A stretch of DNA of 64,000 nucleotides, from assembly GCA_015233135.1 (NCBI GenBank), contig JADFYH010000010.1, positions 7,565 to 71,564 on the forward strand, given 5' to 3'. Numbering within the stretch: position 1 is the first letter of the stretch; each line of letters opens with the position of its first letter. Below, piece after piece: positions 42,906-51,242 of this stretch. A model generated the notes under the pieces. The model saw only the letters and a program-made list of their open reading frames with translations. It had not been told where the DNA came from and made no database searches. The translations under genes and the position numbers were made by a program. This DNA comes from Deltaproteobacteria bacterium (GTDB lineage: Bacteria > UBA10199 > JADFYH01).

Positions 42906-43466
42906 ATGGCGACCAACCAAAATCTTCCTTTTAAACCTGTTGCTTTTCAAAAGGCAAAACTTGCGTACCTGTCATTCTCTGATGCAGATTCGCAAAATAC
43001 AAACATTACTTTACAAAAAAAGCCTGTTTTTTTTGAAAATTTTAACAAGATCAATTGCTCGGTCTGTGGAACCATTCATATTTTGGGTTTTGAAAAATCA
43101 AAACAAGTACTACCCGCTTCCATTCATTGTGCGCTTTGTCAGAGCTTGATTCCTATTGAAGCCTTTCGCGAACGAAAAACGAGACGCTCTTCTTTAGAAA
43201 AAAAGGTCCGCTTTCAGCAGGAAAAGAGGGGTATCTGTATAGCGAATGTCGTGGATTTTTCTCCTGCGGGCTTACGTTTATCTTCTCGCAAGCGGATTTC
43301 TCCCGATGGAAAAATTAAGGTTTACTGCGAAGATTTTAATGCATTAGGAGAAGCGGTGTGGATGCGCAAATTGGGGACTTTTATGGTCCCCACCTATGAA
43401 ATAGGAATTAAATTTGAAGAATTCCTCCCTCTGACTCGAGACGTGCTGCTGGGTCAGAGTGTTTGA
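42906..43466 (+). CDS. zinc-ribbon + PilZ domain protein (putative c-di-GMP receptor)
   Basis: CSVC...x22...CALC zinc ribbon. PilZ motifs RxxxR (RKTRRSS) and D/NxSxxG (DFSPAGL). Confidence 0.6.
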   Translation: MATNQNLPFKPVAFQKAKLAYLSFSDADSQNTNITLQKKPVFFENFNKINCSVCGTIHILGFEKSKQVLPASIHCALCQSLIPIEAFRERKTRRSSLEKKVRFQQEKRGICIANVVDFSPAGLRLSSRKRISPDGKIKVYCEDFNALGEAVWMRKLGTFMVPTYEIGIKFEEFLPLTRDVLLGQSV

Positions 43467-45607
43467 TACCGTTCAATAAAATGCTGTGCCATTCCCATTT
43501 TCTTTATCCAGGTTTCCGAGGCATAATTTTGCCTCTCAATAAAGCGTACCCGGAGTTGATGGAGGAGGGTCTCCAGTTTTGCCACAGGGTTGTCTTCTTT
43601 GTTGACCCCAGAAAAATTGTTTTTGCTAGCCTCCGCAAAATGAATGAGCGCCTCACCAAATTGTTGTCCTTCTTCACAAAGTGAAGCTGTTTTTCTTAAA
43701 ACACTCGCCATTAAATTCCCTTTGGGCATGGCTTCCAGAAGTTGATTTTTTCCCGGGCCTGGGTTCTTGTTTTCCAAATATTTTTTTACTTCCTGGGTCA
43801 AAAAGACTTCTGCTTCCTTTAAACTGGCCTTGGCCTCTGGGATATTTTCTTTAATTTTTTTTAAGAAATTCTTCAAAGCAATCTGATAATCTTCAAAAGC
43901 AGAAAGTCCTTCCTGGTTCAATTGAGTAAGACTCTCCCTCAGTTTTTTCGATTCCTGGGATTCCGCAAGAGTGAGAAAGTCTTTTCGGGAGTAACGCTTG
44001 TCGGGATGAATCCAGTCCATGAGAAAATAAAATTCGAAATATTCTGGGGCGGGAATTTTTTTTCCGCTAAATCCTTCGGTTAAAAAAACTGGCGCATTCA
44101 AAGAGAAGGCAAGTGCTCCCAGCAAGAGACTATTGGGTTCTTTTTCCAAAGGATTAAGCTGGTAATGATTAATCAAAAATGAATTTTTAGTCGTGGATTC
44201 TTTTTCTTGTTCAGAATCCATTTCCCCCAAAAAAGATTGAGTCAATAAAGCAAAGATACTGAAGTCTGATCTCTCCTTGCGGCGACTATTTTTTACTTCC
44301 AACTTCAGAGGATTTAATCCCGGCGGGAATTGACGAAGTACTAAAAAAGAACCCTGAAGAGCTATCTGATTCGCAGAAGTTTGTATATTCCATTGTGCAG
44401 GAGGAATGAGCCCATCCTCCGTACTCAGGGCCTGGAGAGGGATTTTTTCATCTTGAGTACTGCTACTTTCAATAAATCCCTCCTGTAAAACTCTCACTTT
44501 GGAGTTGCCCGGAATGCTGTTTTGAACCCTGTTCTGAGTGATGTTTGGGGGGGTATTTCGCGGGATTATTTCAGGTAACTCGGGTTTTAATTTTTGAATG
44601 AAGGTTTCTAGCTTTTGCAGGAATATATCTTTTTCCAAAAGATTACCTTTAAGCTCATTCACCAAATTTAAAAATGCTTTACTCTGAACAAACTGTGTCA
44701 GCTGGGGGTTAGCGTTTTCTTCCTTTTGGGCTTCAATTAAAACCAGTGCAATTTTGACTGGGTTTTCATGCTCGGCCGCAAGGATGTATTCTTCCAACTT
44801 GAAGCCTGCCTTTAGAAAAACAGATAGGGCAAATAGTTCTTCGGTGCTGTGTTGTTGCTGTTCCTGTTTGGATAAAAGGACAAAGTCTAAAAAGTTTTCA
44901 AGAGAAAGAGGTGCTGTTTTTAGATTGTTGAACACCGGATCTTTTTGCAAAAGCTCTGCCAGGTATTTTATTTGTCGCAAGTCTTGAACGAACTCCTGCT
45001 TGATTCCCAGGCCTTCAGGAGGACTCTTGTTTAGCAATTGGTTTTGAACTTGCTCGTAGATTTTTTGTAATATTTGTAAAGCCTTTGGGTAAATCTTTAT
45101 TTTTTCCTGCTCGGGAACTTGTTGCAAAAAATCGATGCTCGGAAGGAGTAAGTCGGGATGCTGTTGATTGATTTTAAGCAGTAAAGAGGCGCTTTCTTTT
45201 TGAAAGGCTTGAGGCAAGATCTTTTCCAGCATTTGTAGAATATTTTGAAGGGGATCACTTTTCGTCAGTAAGCTGGAATAAAATTCTGGGATAAACAGAG
45301 GGCTAAGATTCGATGTTTGAGCATTGCTTTGAATCCCCGTTTGAGGAGTAACCTGGGGGCTAAGTTGTAAACTAGGCTGTGAGCTAGGCTGGGCATTGTT
45401 CTGGATATTATCCTGAACATTTGCCTGCAGATTTTCTTGAACATTGGGGAGAGGAGCTAGTCCTGGAGTATTCAAAATGGGGGCTATATCCTGAAGTAAG
45501 ACCTCGGTTGTCAGGACATTACGCAAGGTTCGTGGATCACGAATTTGCAGGATCTCCTTGTAGTTTAAACCCCGCGACGCCCCGGCGGAATTGAAGTAGA
45601 TTGTCAT
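43454..45607 (-). CDS. hypothetical protein, 717 aa, no recognisable domain
   Basis: Long uninterrupted ORF. The N-terminal region is Q/N/P-rich with short repeats (NLQANVQDNIQNNAQ). Its 3' end overlaps the PilZ gene by 13 nt (convergent). Confidence 0.6.
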   Translation of the reverse strand: MTIYFNSAGASRGLNYKEILQIRDPRTLRNVLTTEVLLQDIAPILNTPGLAPLPNVQENLQANVQDNIQNNAQPSSQPSLQLSPQVTPQTGIQSNAQTSNLSPLFIPEFYSSLLTKSDPLQNILQMLEKILPQAFQKESASLLLKINQQHPDLLLPSIDFLQQVPEQEKIKIYPKALQILQKIYEQVQNQLLNKSPPEGLGIKQEFVQDLRQIKYLAELLQKDPVFNNLKTAPLSLENFLDFVLLSKQEQQQHSTEELFALSVFLKAGFKLEEYILAAEHENPVKIALVLIEAQKEENANPQLTQFVQSKAFLNLVNELKGNLLEKDIFLQKLETFIQKLKPELPEIIPRNTPPNITQNRVQNSIPGNSKVRVLQEGFIESSSTQDEKIPLQALSTEDGLIPPAQWNIQTSANQIALQGSFLVLRQFPPGLNPLKLEVKNSRRKERSDFSIFALLTQSFLGEMDSEQEKESTTKNSFLINHYQLNPLEKEPNSLLLGALAFSLNAPVFLTEGFSGKKIPAPEYFEFYFLMDWIHPDKRYSRKDFLTLAESQESKKLRESLTQLNQEGLSAFEDYQIALKNFLKKIKENIPEAKASLKEAEVFLTQEVKKYLENKNPGPGKNQLLEAMPKGNLMASVLRKTASLCEEGQQFGEALIHFAEASKNNFSGVNKEDNPVAKLETLLHQLRVRFIERQNYASETWIKKMGMAQHFIERYQTL

Positions 45608-45608
45608 A

Positions 45609-45694
45609 AAAAGTTTACCCCGCAGATCTTTTGGGCTTGGTGAGATGGGGGGGGCTATCCGTCTCTACGGAGGGATTCCTTGGGGTAAACTTTT
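45609..45694 (-). promoter_or_regulatory. structured leader of the 717-aa gene: 13-bp inverted repeat around a C8/G8 tract
   Basis: aaaagtttacccc (45609-45621) pairs with ggggtaaactttt (45682-94). A G8 run lies at 45647-45654. The 3' arm in the mRNA ends 1 nt before the ATG. Confidence 0.45.
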
Positions 45695-45852
45695 GAGGGG
45701 ATAGGGTGGTAAAACACTAGGGGCAAAAATTGATATTGAGTAGGACTCAAGGCCTTGAAGAAGAAGCGCACAAAGCTCTTGAATCCAAACTGTCGAATAA
45801 GACTAAGGGGATGCAGAAGGATATGTTTTGTATTGATAGTTCCTAAGACCAT
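45655..45852 (-). CDS. possible 65-aa leader/upstream ORF of the 717-aa gene
   Basis: ATG 45852 lies 5 nt after AAGGAAGGAAG. The ORF covers the 5' arm of the 13-bp inverted repeat and stops just before a C8 tract. No homology recognised. Confidence 0.25.
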   Translation of the reverse strand: MVLGTINTKHILLHPLSLIRQFGFKSFVRFFFKALSPTQYQFLPLVFYHPIPSKVYPKESLRRDG

Positions 45853-45944
45853 AAATTCTTCCTTCCTTAAATTTCTTCACTCACTGGGAAGGAACGGCAT
45901 ATTTTTGTAAATCTGCAGGTTTTATTTTGAGCAAAGTGGGGAGC

Positions 45945-46595
45945 TTATATTTTTTTCTTTAATTCAGAAATCGTTGCAGAATAATTTGCCGTTTCAAAAA
46001 TACCACTTCCCACCACAAATACATCGACTCCTGCTTTGGAAATTTCCGCAATATTTTGAGTTTTAATTCCTCCATCCATTTCGATGAGAAAATTAAGTTT
46101 TTTTTCTTCACGCCACGCCTTCAACTTTTTTGCTTTTTCCAAGGCCGAAGGAATAAAACTTTGACCGCCAAAACCAGGGTTGACGCTCATGAGCAGTACC
46201 ATGTCCAAATCGGCCAAGACATATTCCAGGCAGGAAAGAGGCGTGTGTGGATTGAGCACGGCTGCGGCTTTGGCGCCCAATTTTTTAATCTGACCAAGGG
46301 TCCGGTGCAAATGCGGGCAGGCCTCCACCTGCACAGAAATCAGGTCCGCCCCTGCCTTCACAAAAGATTCCAAATAACAATCGGCATTTTGAATCATCAG
46401 ATGTACATCAAAAGGTTTGGTGGAAATCTTCTTGAGTTTTTCCAGAACCGGCGGCCCAAAAGTGATATTGGGGACAAAGTGGCCGTCCATGATATCCATG
46501 TGCAACCAGTCTGCGCCAGCGGACTCGACGGCTTGTATTTCATCTTTCAATCGCGAGAAATCGGCTGACAAGATAGAGGCTGCAATGAGTTTCAT
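45945..46595 (-). CDS. rpe: ribulose-phosphate 3-epimerase
   Basis: MKLIAASILSADFSRL...HMDIMDGHFVPNITFGP. ATG 46595 overlaps the fmt stop (ATGA). The ORF-track start at 46622 is an extension. Confidence 0.92.
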   Translation of the reverse strand: MKLIAASILSADFSRLKDEIQAVESAGADWLHMDIMDGHFVPNITFGPPVLEKLKKISTKPFDVHLMIQNADCYLESFVKAGADLISVQVEACPHLHRTLGQIKKLGAKAAAVLNPHTPLSCLEYVLADLDMVLLMSVNPGFGGQSFIPSALEKAKKLKAWREEKKLNFLIEMDGGIKTQNIAEISKAGVDVFVVGSGIFETANYSATISELKKKI

Positions 46596-47560
46596 GAGAA
46601 GACCTTTCCTGCTGAAATCCACGATTGATAACCGTCAAAAAAATCTTGTGCAGACATTCTTTTTTTGGATTCGGGCTGCACACTCGTTAAAAGAATTGAT
46701 CCACTTCCGCAAGCGACTTCTAGTCCTTGGGCTGAAACCTTGAGAATTTTTCCTACTTCTCCCCCTCTTAGAGTAAGAGGGGGCTGGGGGGCGTTAGAAA
46801 AATTAATAGATTCATAAATTTTGATTTTCTTCCCTTCAAACGCTGTAAAAGCCACCGGCCAGGGATTCATCGCCCGAATGTGATTGTGGATTTCCTGGGC
46901 ACTTTTAGTCCAATCAATTTTCCCTTCTTCTTTGGCAATAAGCGGTGCAAAGCTTGCCTGGGATTCGTCTTGCTCTCTGACTTGGAGCTTTCCTGTTGCA
47001 ATGCCATCCAGGCTCTGAAGCAAAAGCAAGGCCCCTTTTTGAGCCAGCCTTTGCTGAAGTTCACCTGTCGTTTCATTCGCAGCGATCTCCACTTTTTCTT
47101 GCAGGTAGATGGGGCCCGCGTCCAGTTTTTCGACTACCTGCATGACGGTAACCCCTGTTTCGGTTTCGCCATTTCGGATGGCCGAAAGTACGCAGGAGGC
47201 CCCCCGATATTTGGGGAGAAGGGAAAAATGTACATTGAGACAGGCCAGTTTTGGAAGGCGAATCAATGCCTCGGAAAGGATGCGCCCATAGGCGACTACA
47301 ATCATAAAATCAGGATTCAGTTTTTTTATCTCATCCACAAATTCCGGGCTTTTGGGCCTTTCAGGCTGAAAAATCAGAAGGCCCTTTTCCTGGGCATAAA
47401 CCTTGACTGGTGGTGGAGTGAGCTTCTGCCCCCGTCCGGCAGGCTTGTCGGGTTGGGTGACGACACCCACAATGGGGAAACCCGCTTGCAGCAAGGCATT
47501 AAGGTGTGTGACGGCGAGTTCGGGAGAACCCATGAAAAGCAAGGAAGGTTTAGCAGCCAT
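46592..47560 (-). CDS. fmt: methionyl-tRNA formyltransferase
   Basis: LLFMGSPELAV...VVTQPDKPAGRGQKL and HFSLLPKYRGA motifs. Contains an in-frame palindromic repeat at 46761-46783. Confidence 0.92.
   Translation of the reverse strand: MAAKPSLLFMGSPELAVTHLNALLQAGFPIVGVVTQPDKPAGRGQKLTPPPVKVYAQEKGLLIFQPERPKSPEFVDEIKKLNPDFMIVVAYGRILSEALIRLPKLACLNVHFSLLPKYRGASCVLSAIRNGETETGVTVMQVVEKLDAGPIYLQEKVEIAANETTGELQQRLAQKGALLLLQSLDGIATGKLQVREQDESQASFAPLIAKEEGKIDWTKSAQEIHNHIRAMNPWPVAFTAFEGKKIKIYESINFSNAPQPPLTLRGGEVGKILKVSAQGLEVACGSGSILLTSVQPESKKRMSAQDFFDGYQSWISAGKVFS
46761..46783. repeat. GC-rich palindromic repeat, family A, in frame inside fmt
   Basis: ccccctctta-gag-taagaggggg, a perfect 10-bp stem. It encodes PPLTLRGG. 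Confidence 0.8.
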
Positions 47561-48106
47561 CTAGCGAACCACCGTTTTTTTAGCCTCAGTTTCCAAGGCC
47601 TCTTTCGCCATTTTTTTCAGTTTCTGCTTATACAAATCCTGTTTCAATCGACTCAGTTTATCAAAAATCAGAATGCCATTCATGTGATCCATTTCGTGCT
47701 GAATGCACACGCTCATCAAATCTTCTGCAAAAAAATGTTGGGGTTTTCCGAAACGATCTAGTGCTTTTACTTCCACTTTTTTAAAACGTACAGTAGGTAC
47801 CACGAGTTCAGGGCAAGACAGGCAGCCTTCTTCCCATTCGATTTCTCCTTCGGAAGAAATAAGCTCGGGATTTACGATTACCTTCGGCTGACGAACAATG
47901 ACTTCGCCTTCTTGAATGCCGACATCCATCACCAGAAAGCGCTGGAATATTCCCACCTGAATGGCGGCGAGTCCTACGCCAGGCGCGGCATACATGGTTT
48001 CAAACATGTCGTCGATCTGCCTTTGGAAGATGCTGCCAAAATCAAGAACAGGAAGACATCTCTCACGGAGTTTTTTGTCGGGATATTTGAGGATGGGGAG
48101 TAGCAT
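47561..48106 (-). CDS. def: peptide deformylase
   Basis: Motifs GVGLAAIQ, EGCLSCP and HEMDH. Confidence 0.95.
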   Translation of the reverse strand: MLLPILKYPDKKLRERCLPVLDFGSIFQRQIDDMFETMYAAPGVGLAAIQVGIFQRFLVMDVGIQEGEVIVRQPKVIVNPELISSEGEIEWEEGCLSCPELVVPTVRFKKVEVKALDRFGKPQHFFAEDLMSVCIQHEMDHMNGILIFDKLSRLKQDLYKQKLKKMAKEALETEAKKTVVR

Positions 48107-48121
48107 AACTTAAGAGTTTTT

Positions 48122-48295
48122 TTAGGGAGAGATTTTTTTGTTTTTATTTGAAGATATTTTATGAGAAGCGATGACTTTAATAAGTTTTCCACGATGTTTA
48201 ATAAAAATAATTTTCCCTCTTATTACTTCATCTAAATATTTATAAATATTTGTTCGAAATTGAGAAACACTAATGATTTTTAATGTGGTATCCAT
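48122..48295 (-). CDS. Phd/YefM-like antitoxin-type small protein (orphan)
   Basis: 57 aa from ATG 48295. The N-terminal pattern KIISVSQFRTNIYKYLDEVIRGKIIFIKHRGKLIKVI resembles the Phd/YefM fold. No toxin ORF lies adjacent. Confidence 0.45.
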   Translation of the reverse strand: MDTTLKIISVSQFRTNIYKYLDEVIRGKIIFIKHRGKLIKVIASHKISSNKNKKISP

Positions 48296-48334
48296 TTGAG
48301 ATTTCAAACTAAAGGGCTAGTAATTACTTGTCAA
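48296..48334 (-). promoter_or_regulatory. sigma-70-type promoter with embedded 10-bp palindrome for the Phd-like gene
   Basis: TTGACA (48334-48329), N17, TAGTTT (48311-48306). The palindrome AGTAATTACT (48319-48328) lies in the spacer. The ATG is about 10 nt after the -10 element. Confidence 0.4.
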
Positions 48335-48347
48335 CACTACGTATGCT

Positions 48348-50414
48348 TCATCCCATCACATGCAAAGGGTCTACATCTAAAATCAGGCGTACACCTGCCT
48401 CTAAAATTTCTTTTTTAAAAAAGCCCTGCTGATTCAAAAATTCATTCTGAAAACTTGGCGCCCCACAATTCTTGATTAAAATCTGCCAGCGGTACTGGTT
48501 TTTAAGTCGTTCCAATAAACAGGGGGCCGGGCCTAGAATGCTCCAGTTCCAATGTTGACTTTCTTTTTGTTGGTTCAGATAGGCCGCAAAACGTGTAGCA
48601 CTTTGTTCCACCTTTTTCTGCACATTGCCCTGAAAACGCAAAACCAATAATCGTGAAAAAGGAGGATAAGACAACTCCTTTCGCTGTTCCAATTCCTGCG
48701 CGTAAAATTCCTGGGTCTGATGTTTTGCCGCATATTGCAGGCTGTAATGCTCGCTTTCAAAACATTGGAGCAGAACTTTTCCGGCTTTAGTTCCACGACC
48801 CGCCCGACCTGAAACCTGGCTGAGTGTTTGAAAAGTGATCTCGGAGGCCCTGAAATCGGGATGATGCAGGCTGGCGTCGGCGAGTAGAATTCCCACCAAA
48901 GTTACCTGAGGGTAGTCGTGGCCTTTGGCAATCATCTGGGTGCCCACCAGAATATCAATTTTCCCTTCGGCCAGATCCTTTAATATTTTTTCCAAACTTC
49001 CTTTTTTGCTCGTGCTGTCTCTATCCATGCGGCTGATTTTTGCCTCGGGAAATAATTTGTTCAGTTCCTCTTCTATTTTTTCTGTTCCACTGCCCATAGG
49101 CAGCCAAGACAGGCCTTTGCATTGGGGACAATGATCGGGCGCTGCCTGAATAAAATCGCAGTAATGACAAATGAGTTTTTTTCGTTTTTGATGAAAGGTG
49201 AGTGTGATGTCACAGTTGGGACAACGCGGGCTGTAGGCACAATCCTGGCAAAGCAGGAAATGGGCGAAGCCGCGACGATTCAAAAAAATGAGACTTTGTT
49301 CTTTATGCTTTAATCGCTCTGCAATGGCTTTTAAAAGCTGGGGGGAGAGCAGTTTGTTTTTACTGTACTTATTTTTTTCTTTGGCTTTGTCGGGATGAAA
49401 AAATTTCAGCGTCACTTCGGGCGAATTCGAGGCTTTCAAATCCACAAACTCCAGCTCTGGCAACTTCGCCTCCCCAAAGCGTTCCAAGAGTTCATGATAA
49501 ATATATTTTTTGCTATTGGCCTTATAATAGGTTTCCACCGAGGGCGTTGCAGATCCCAAAATCACGCAAATATTCTCAAACTTAGCCCGTACAATGGCCA
49601 GATCTCTCGCATGGTAGCGCACACGTTCTTCCTGCTTGTAAGAACTGTCCTGTTCTTCATCCACCACAATCAGACCTAAGTTGGGGAAAGGCACAAACAA
49701 AGAGGAACGAGTTCCCAACAGCACCGAGAATTGCCTGTCTTTGGCCCTTTGCCAGATTTCCAAACGCTGCCTGTTGCTTAAATTCGAATGATAGGCCTGA
49801 ACTTCATCGCCAAATATTTTTTGAAATCTTTCCAATAATTGAGGAGTCAGTCCAATTTCTGGAACCAGACAAAGCGCCTGCCTGCCTTGCTCCAAGGTTT
49901 GGCGGATCAGTTCCAGATAAATCTCCGTCTTGCCCGAGCCGGTAACCCCGTGGAGGAGGTGCGTTTGAAAGCCTGGATATTTTTGTATTTCCTCTACAAT
50001 CTTTTGTTGATTGCTAGAAAGCTGAAGTGCGTTTCTCCTTCTCCCTTGACGGGAGAGGGTGATCTTTTCCTTCCTCTTCCCCTCCCTCGGCACCTTAGCC
50101 AATTCCCCAGGCATTGCCGTTTTAAACATTTCTCCCAAAGGACAAAGATAATACTCCGCTGCCCAGTGAAGAAATTGCACTTGTTTTGCCGTAAAGTAAG
50201 GTTCTTCGTCCAAAATACCTTCGATATTTTTCACTTCGAATGTTTGAGGAAGTTTGGAGCTTTCTTCGCCCAAATAAATTCCCACAATTTTTCTTTTTCC
50301 CAAGGGGATCAGAAGCCGCTGTCCAATTTTTAACGAAGCCAAGAGTGCATCCGGAATTTGATAAGTGAGCGTCGAATTGATGGGGGCTAAGGGTGCGATG
50401 TTGGCGAATGGCAT
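48348..50414 (-). CDS. priA: primosomal replication-restart helicase PriA
   Basis: GVTGSGKTEIY, VVDEEQDSSYKQ, Cys-rich zinc insertions (CPNC, CHYC, CPQC) and SGRAGRG. ATG 50414 (MPFANIAPL) is preferred over the TTG at 50507. Confidence 0.9.
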   Translation of the reverse strand: MPFANIAPLAPINSTLTYQIPDALLASLKIGQRLLIPLGKRKIVGIYLGEESSKLPQTFEVKNIEGILDEEPYFTAKQVQFLHWAAEYYLCPLGEMFKTAMPGELAKVPREGKRKEKITLSRQGRRRNALQLSSNQQKIVEEIQKYPGFQTHLLHGVTGSGKTEIYLELIRQTLEQGRQALCLVPEIGLTPQLLERFQKIFGDEVQAYHSNLSNRQRLEIWQRAKDRQFSVLLGTRSSLFVPFPNLGLIVVDEEQDSSYKQEERVRYHARDLAIVRAKFENICVILGSATPSVETYYKANSKKYIYHELLERFGEAKLPELEFVDLKASNSPEVTLKFFHPDKAKEKNKYSKNKLLSPQLLKAIAERLKHKEQSLIFLNRRGFAHFLLCQDCAYSPRCPNCDITLTFHQKRKKLICHYCDFIQAAPDHCPQCKGLSWLPMGSGTEKIEEELNKLFPEAKISRMDRDSTSKKGSLEKILKDLAEGKIDILVGTQMIAKGHDYPQVTLVGILLADASLHHPDFRASEITFQTLSQVSGRAGRGTKAGKVLLQCFESEHYSLQYAAKHQTQEFYAQELEQRKELSYPPFSRLLVLRFQGNVQKKVEQSATRFAAYLNQQKESQHWNWSILGPAPCLLERLKNQYRWQILIKNCGAPSFQNEFLNQQGFFKKEILEAGVRLILDVDPLHVMG
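50037..50059. repeat. GC-rich palindromic repeat, family B, in frame inside priA
   Basis: ccttctccc-ttgac-gggagaggg, a 9-bp stem including one G-T pair. It encodes TLSRQGRR. Confidence 0.7.
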
Positions 50415-50576
50415 GGGGAGTCTGAGCTTTTTCGCACTTTTATATGGGGCTGTCGAGGGGAAATTCTTGTGGCTTGGCTCTGCGGGTGAATTGACACACC
50501 AAGACAAGGTCTGCGGATCTGGTGAAAAAAAATAAAATGGGATTAGTGAAAAGAGAGCAATATATTTTCCGAATTT

Positions 50577-51242
50577 TTATTCCCCTGAAATCCTGAAGTC
50601 CCCATAATCACATCCCGAGGCGCTATGCATGGCATTGCCGTCTGTCATAATTCCCACTGCACTCGGATTTTTAGAAGGATTTTTCCCAAAGTGTTTTTTA
50701 AATTCTTCCAACACATTCACTGATACTTCCTGCCATTGGTTCAGTTTTGCGGCACCGCTGCTTTTGACGATAACGAAGAATTCTTTGGGATCTTTTTCCC
50801 AGACATTGCCCACCGCTAAAGTGCTGCTCCATACGTATTTCAAGGCCACTCCACTGGTTTTGCCGAAGGGGACATAAACGCCGCAGGCGCTATCGTTGGT
50901 GGCTCGGCTGTTTTCTGCAGCGCCTTTAGGAAGGGTTGTGGCGCGCCATCTCCATTTTAAAACAGGGTATTTTTGCAAATCCCAGGGAAAATCTTTGTAG
51001 ATGGGAAGGGAGATGTCTTTGTTATCGAAGGCGGAGATAAATCTTTTTCCGTCTTCTTCCTTCATTTTATAAACCTGTTTTACCTTGCCCCCCTGAAAAG
51101 GGTAGGTACTCCACCAGAGAGGAAAATCGCCTACCTTTGTTTTTGAAAAATCATCGATACCCATCTCGTTTGCAGCCACTGTTGTGATGCCCAGGGTGAA
51201 GGAAAACAGGGTGAGGACAATCAGGCCTTTCCATCTCTTCAT
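50577..51242 (-). CDS. DUF3047 domain-containing secreted protein
   Basis: Signal peptide and a DUF3047-like core (LKWRWRATTLPKGAAE...DSACGVYV). ATGA overlap with galU. Confidence 0.6.
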   Translation of the reverse strand: MKRWKGLIVLTLFSFTLGITTVAANEMGIDDFSKTKVGDFPLWWSTYPFQGGKVKQVYKMKEEDGKRFISAFDNKDISLPIYKDFPWDLQKYPVLKWRWRATTLPKGAAENSRATNDSACGVYVPFGKTSGVALKYVWSSTLAVGNVWEKDPKEFFVIVKSSGAAKLNQWQEVSVNVLEEFKKHFGKNPSKNPSAVGIMTDGNAMHSASGCDYGDFRISGE

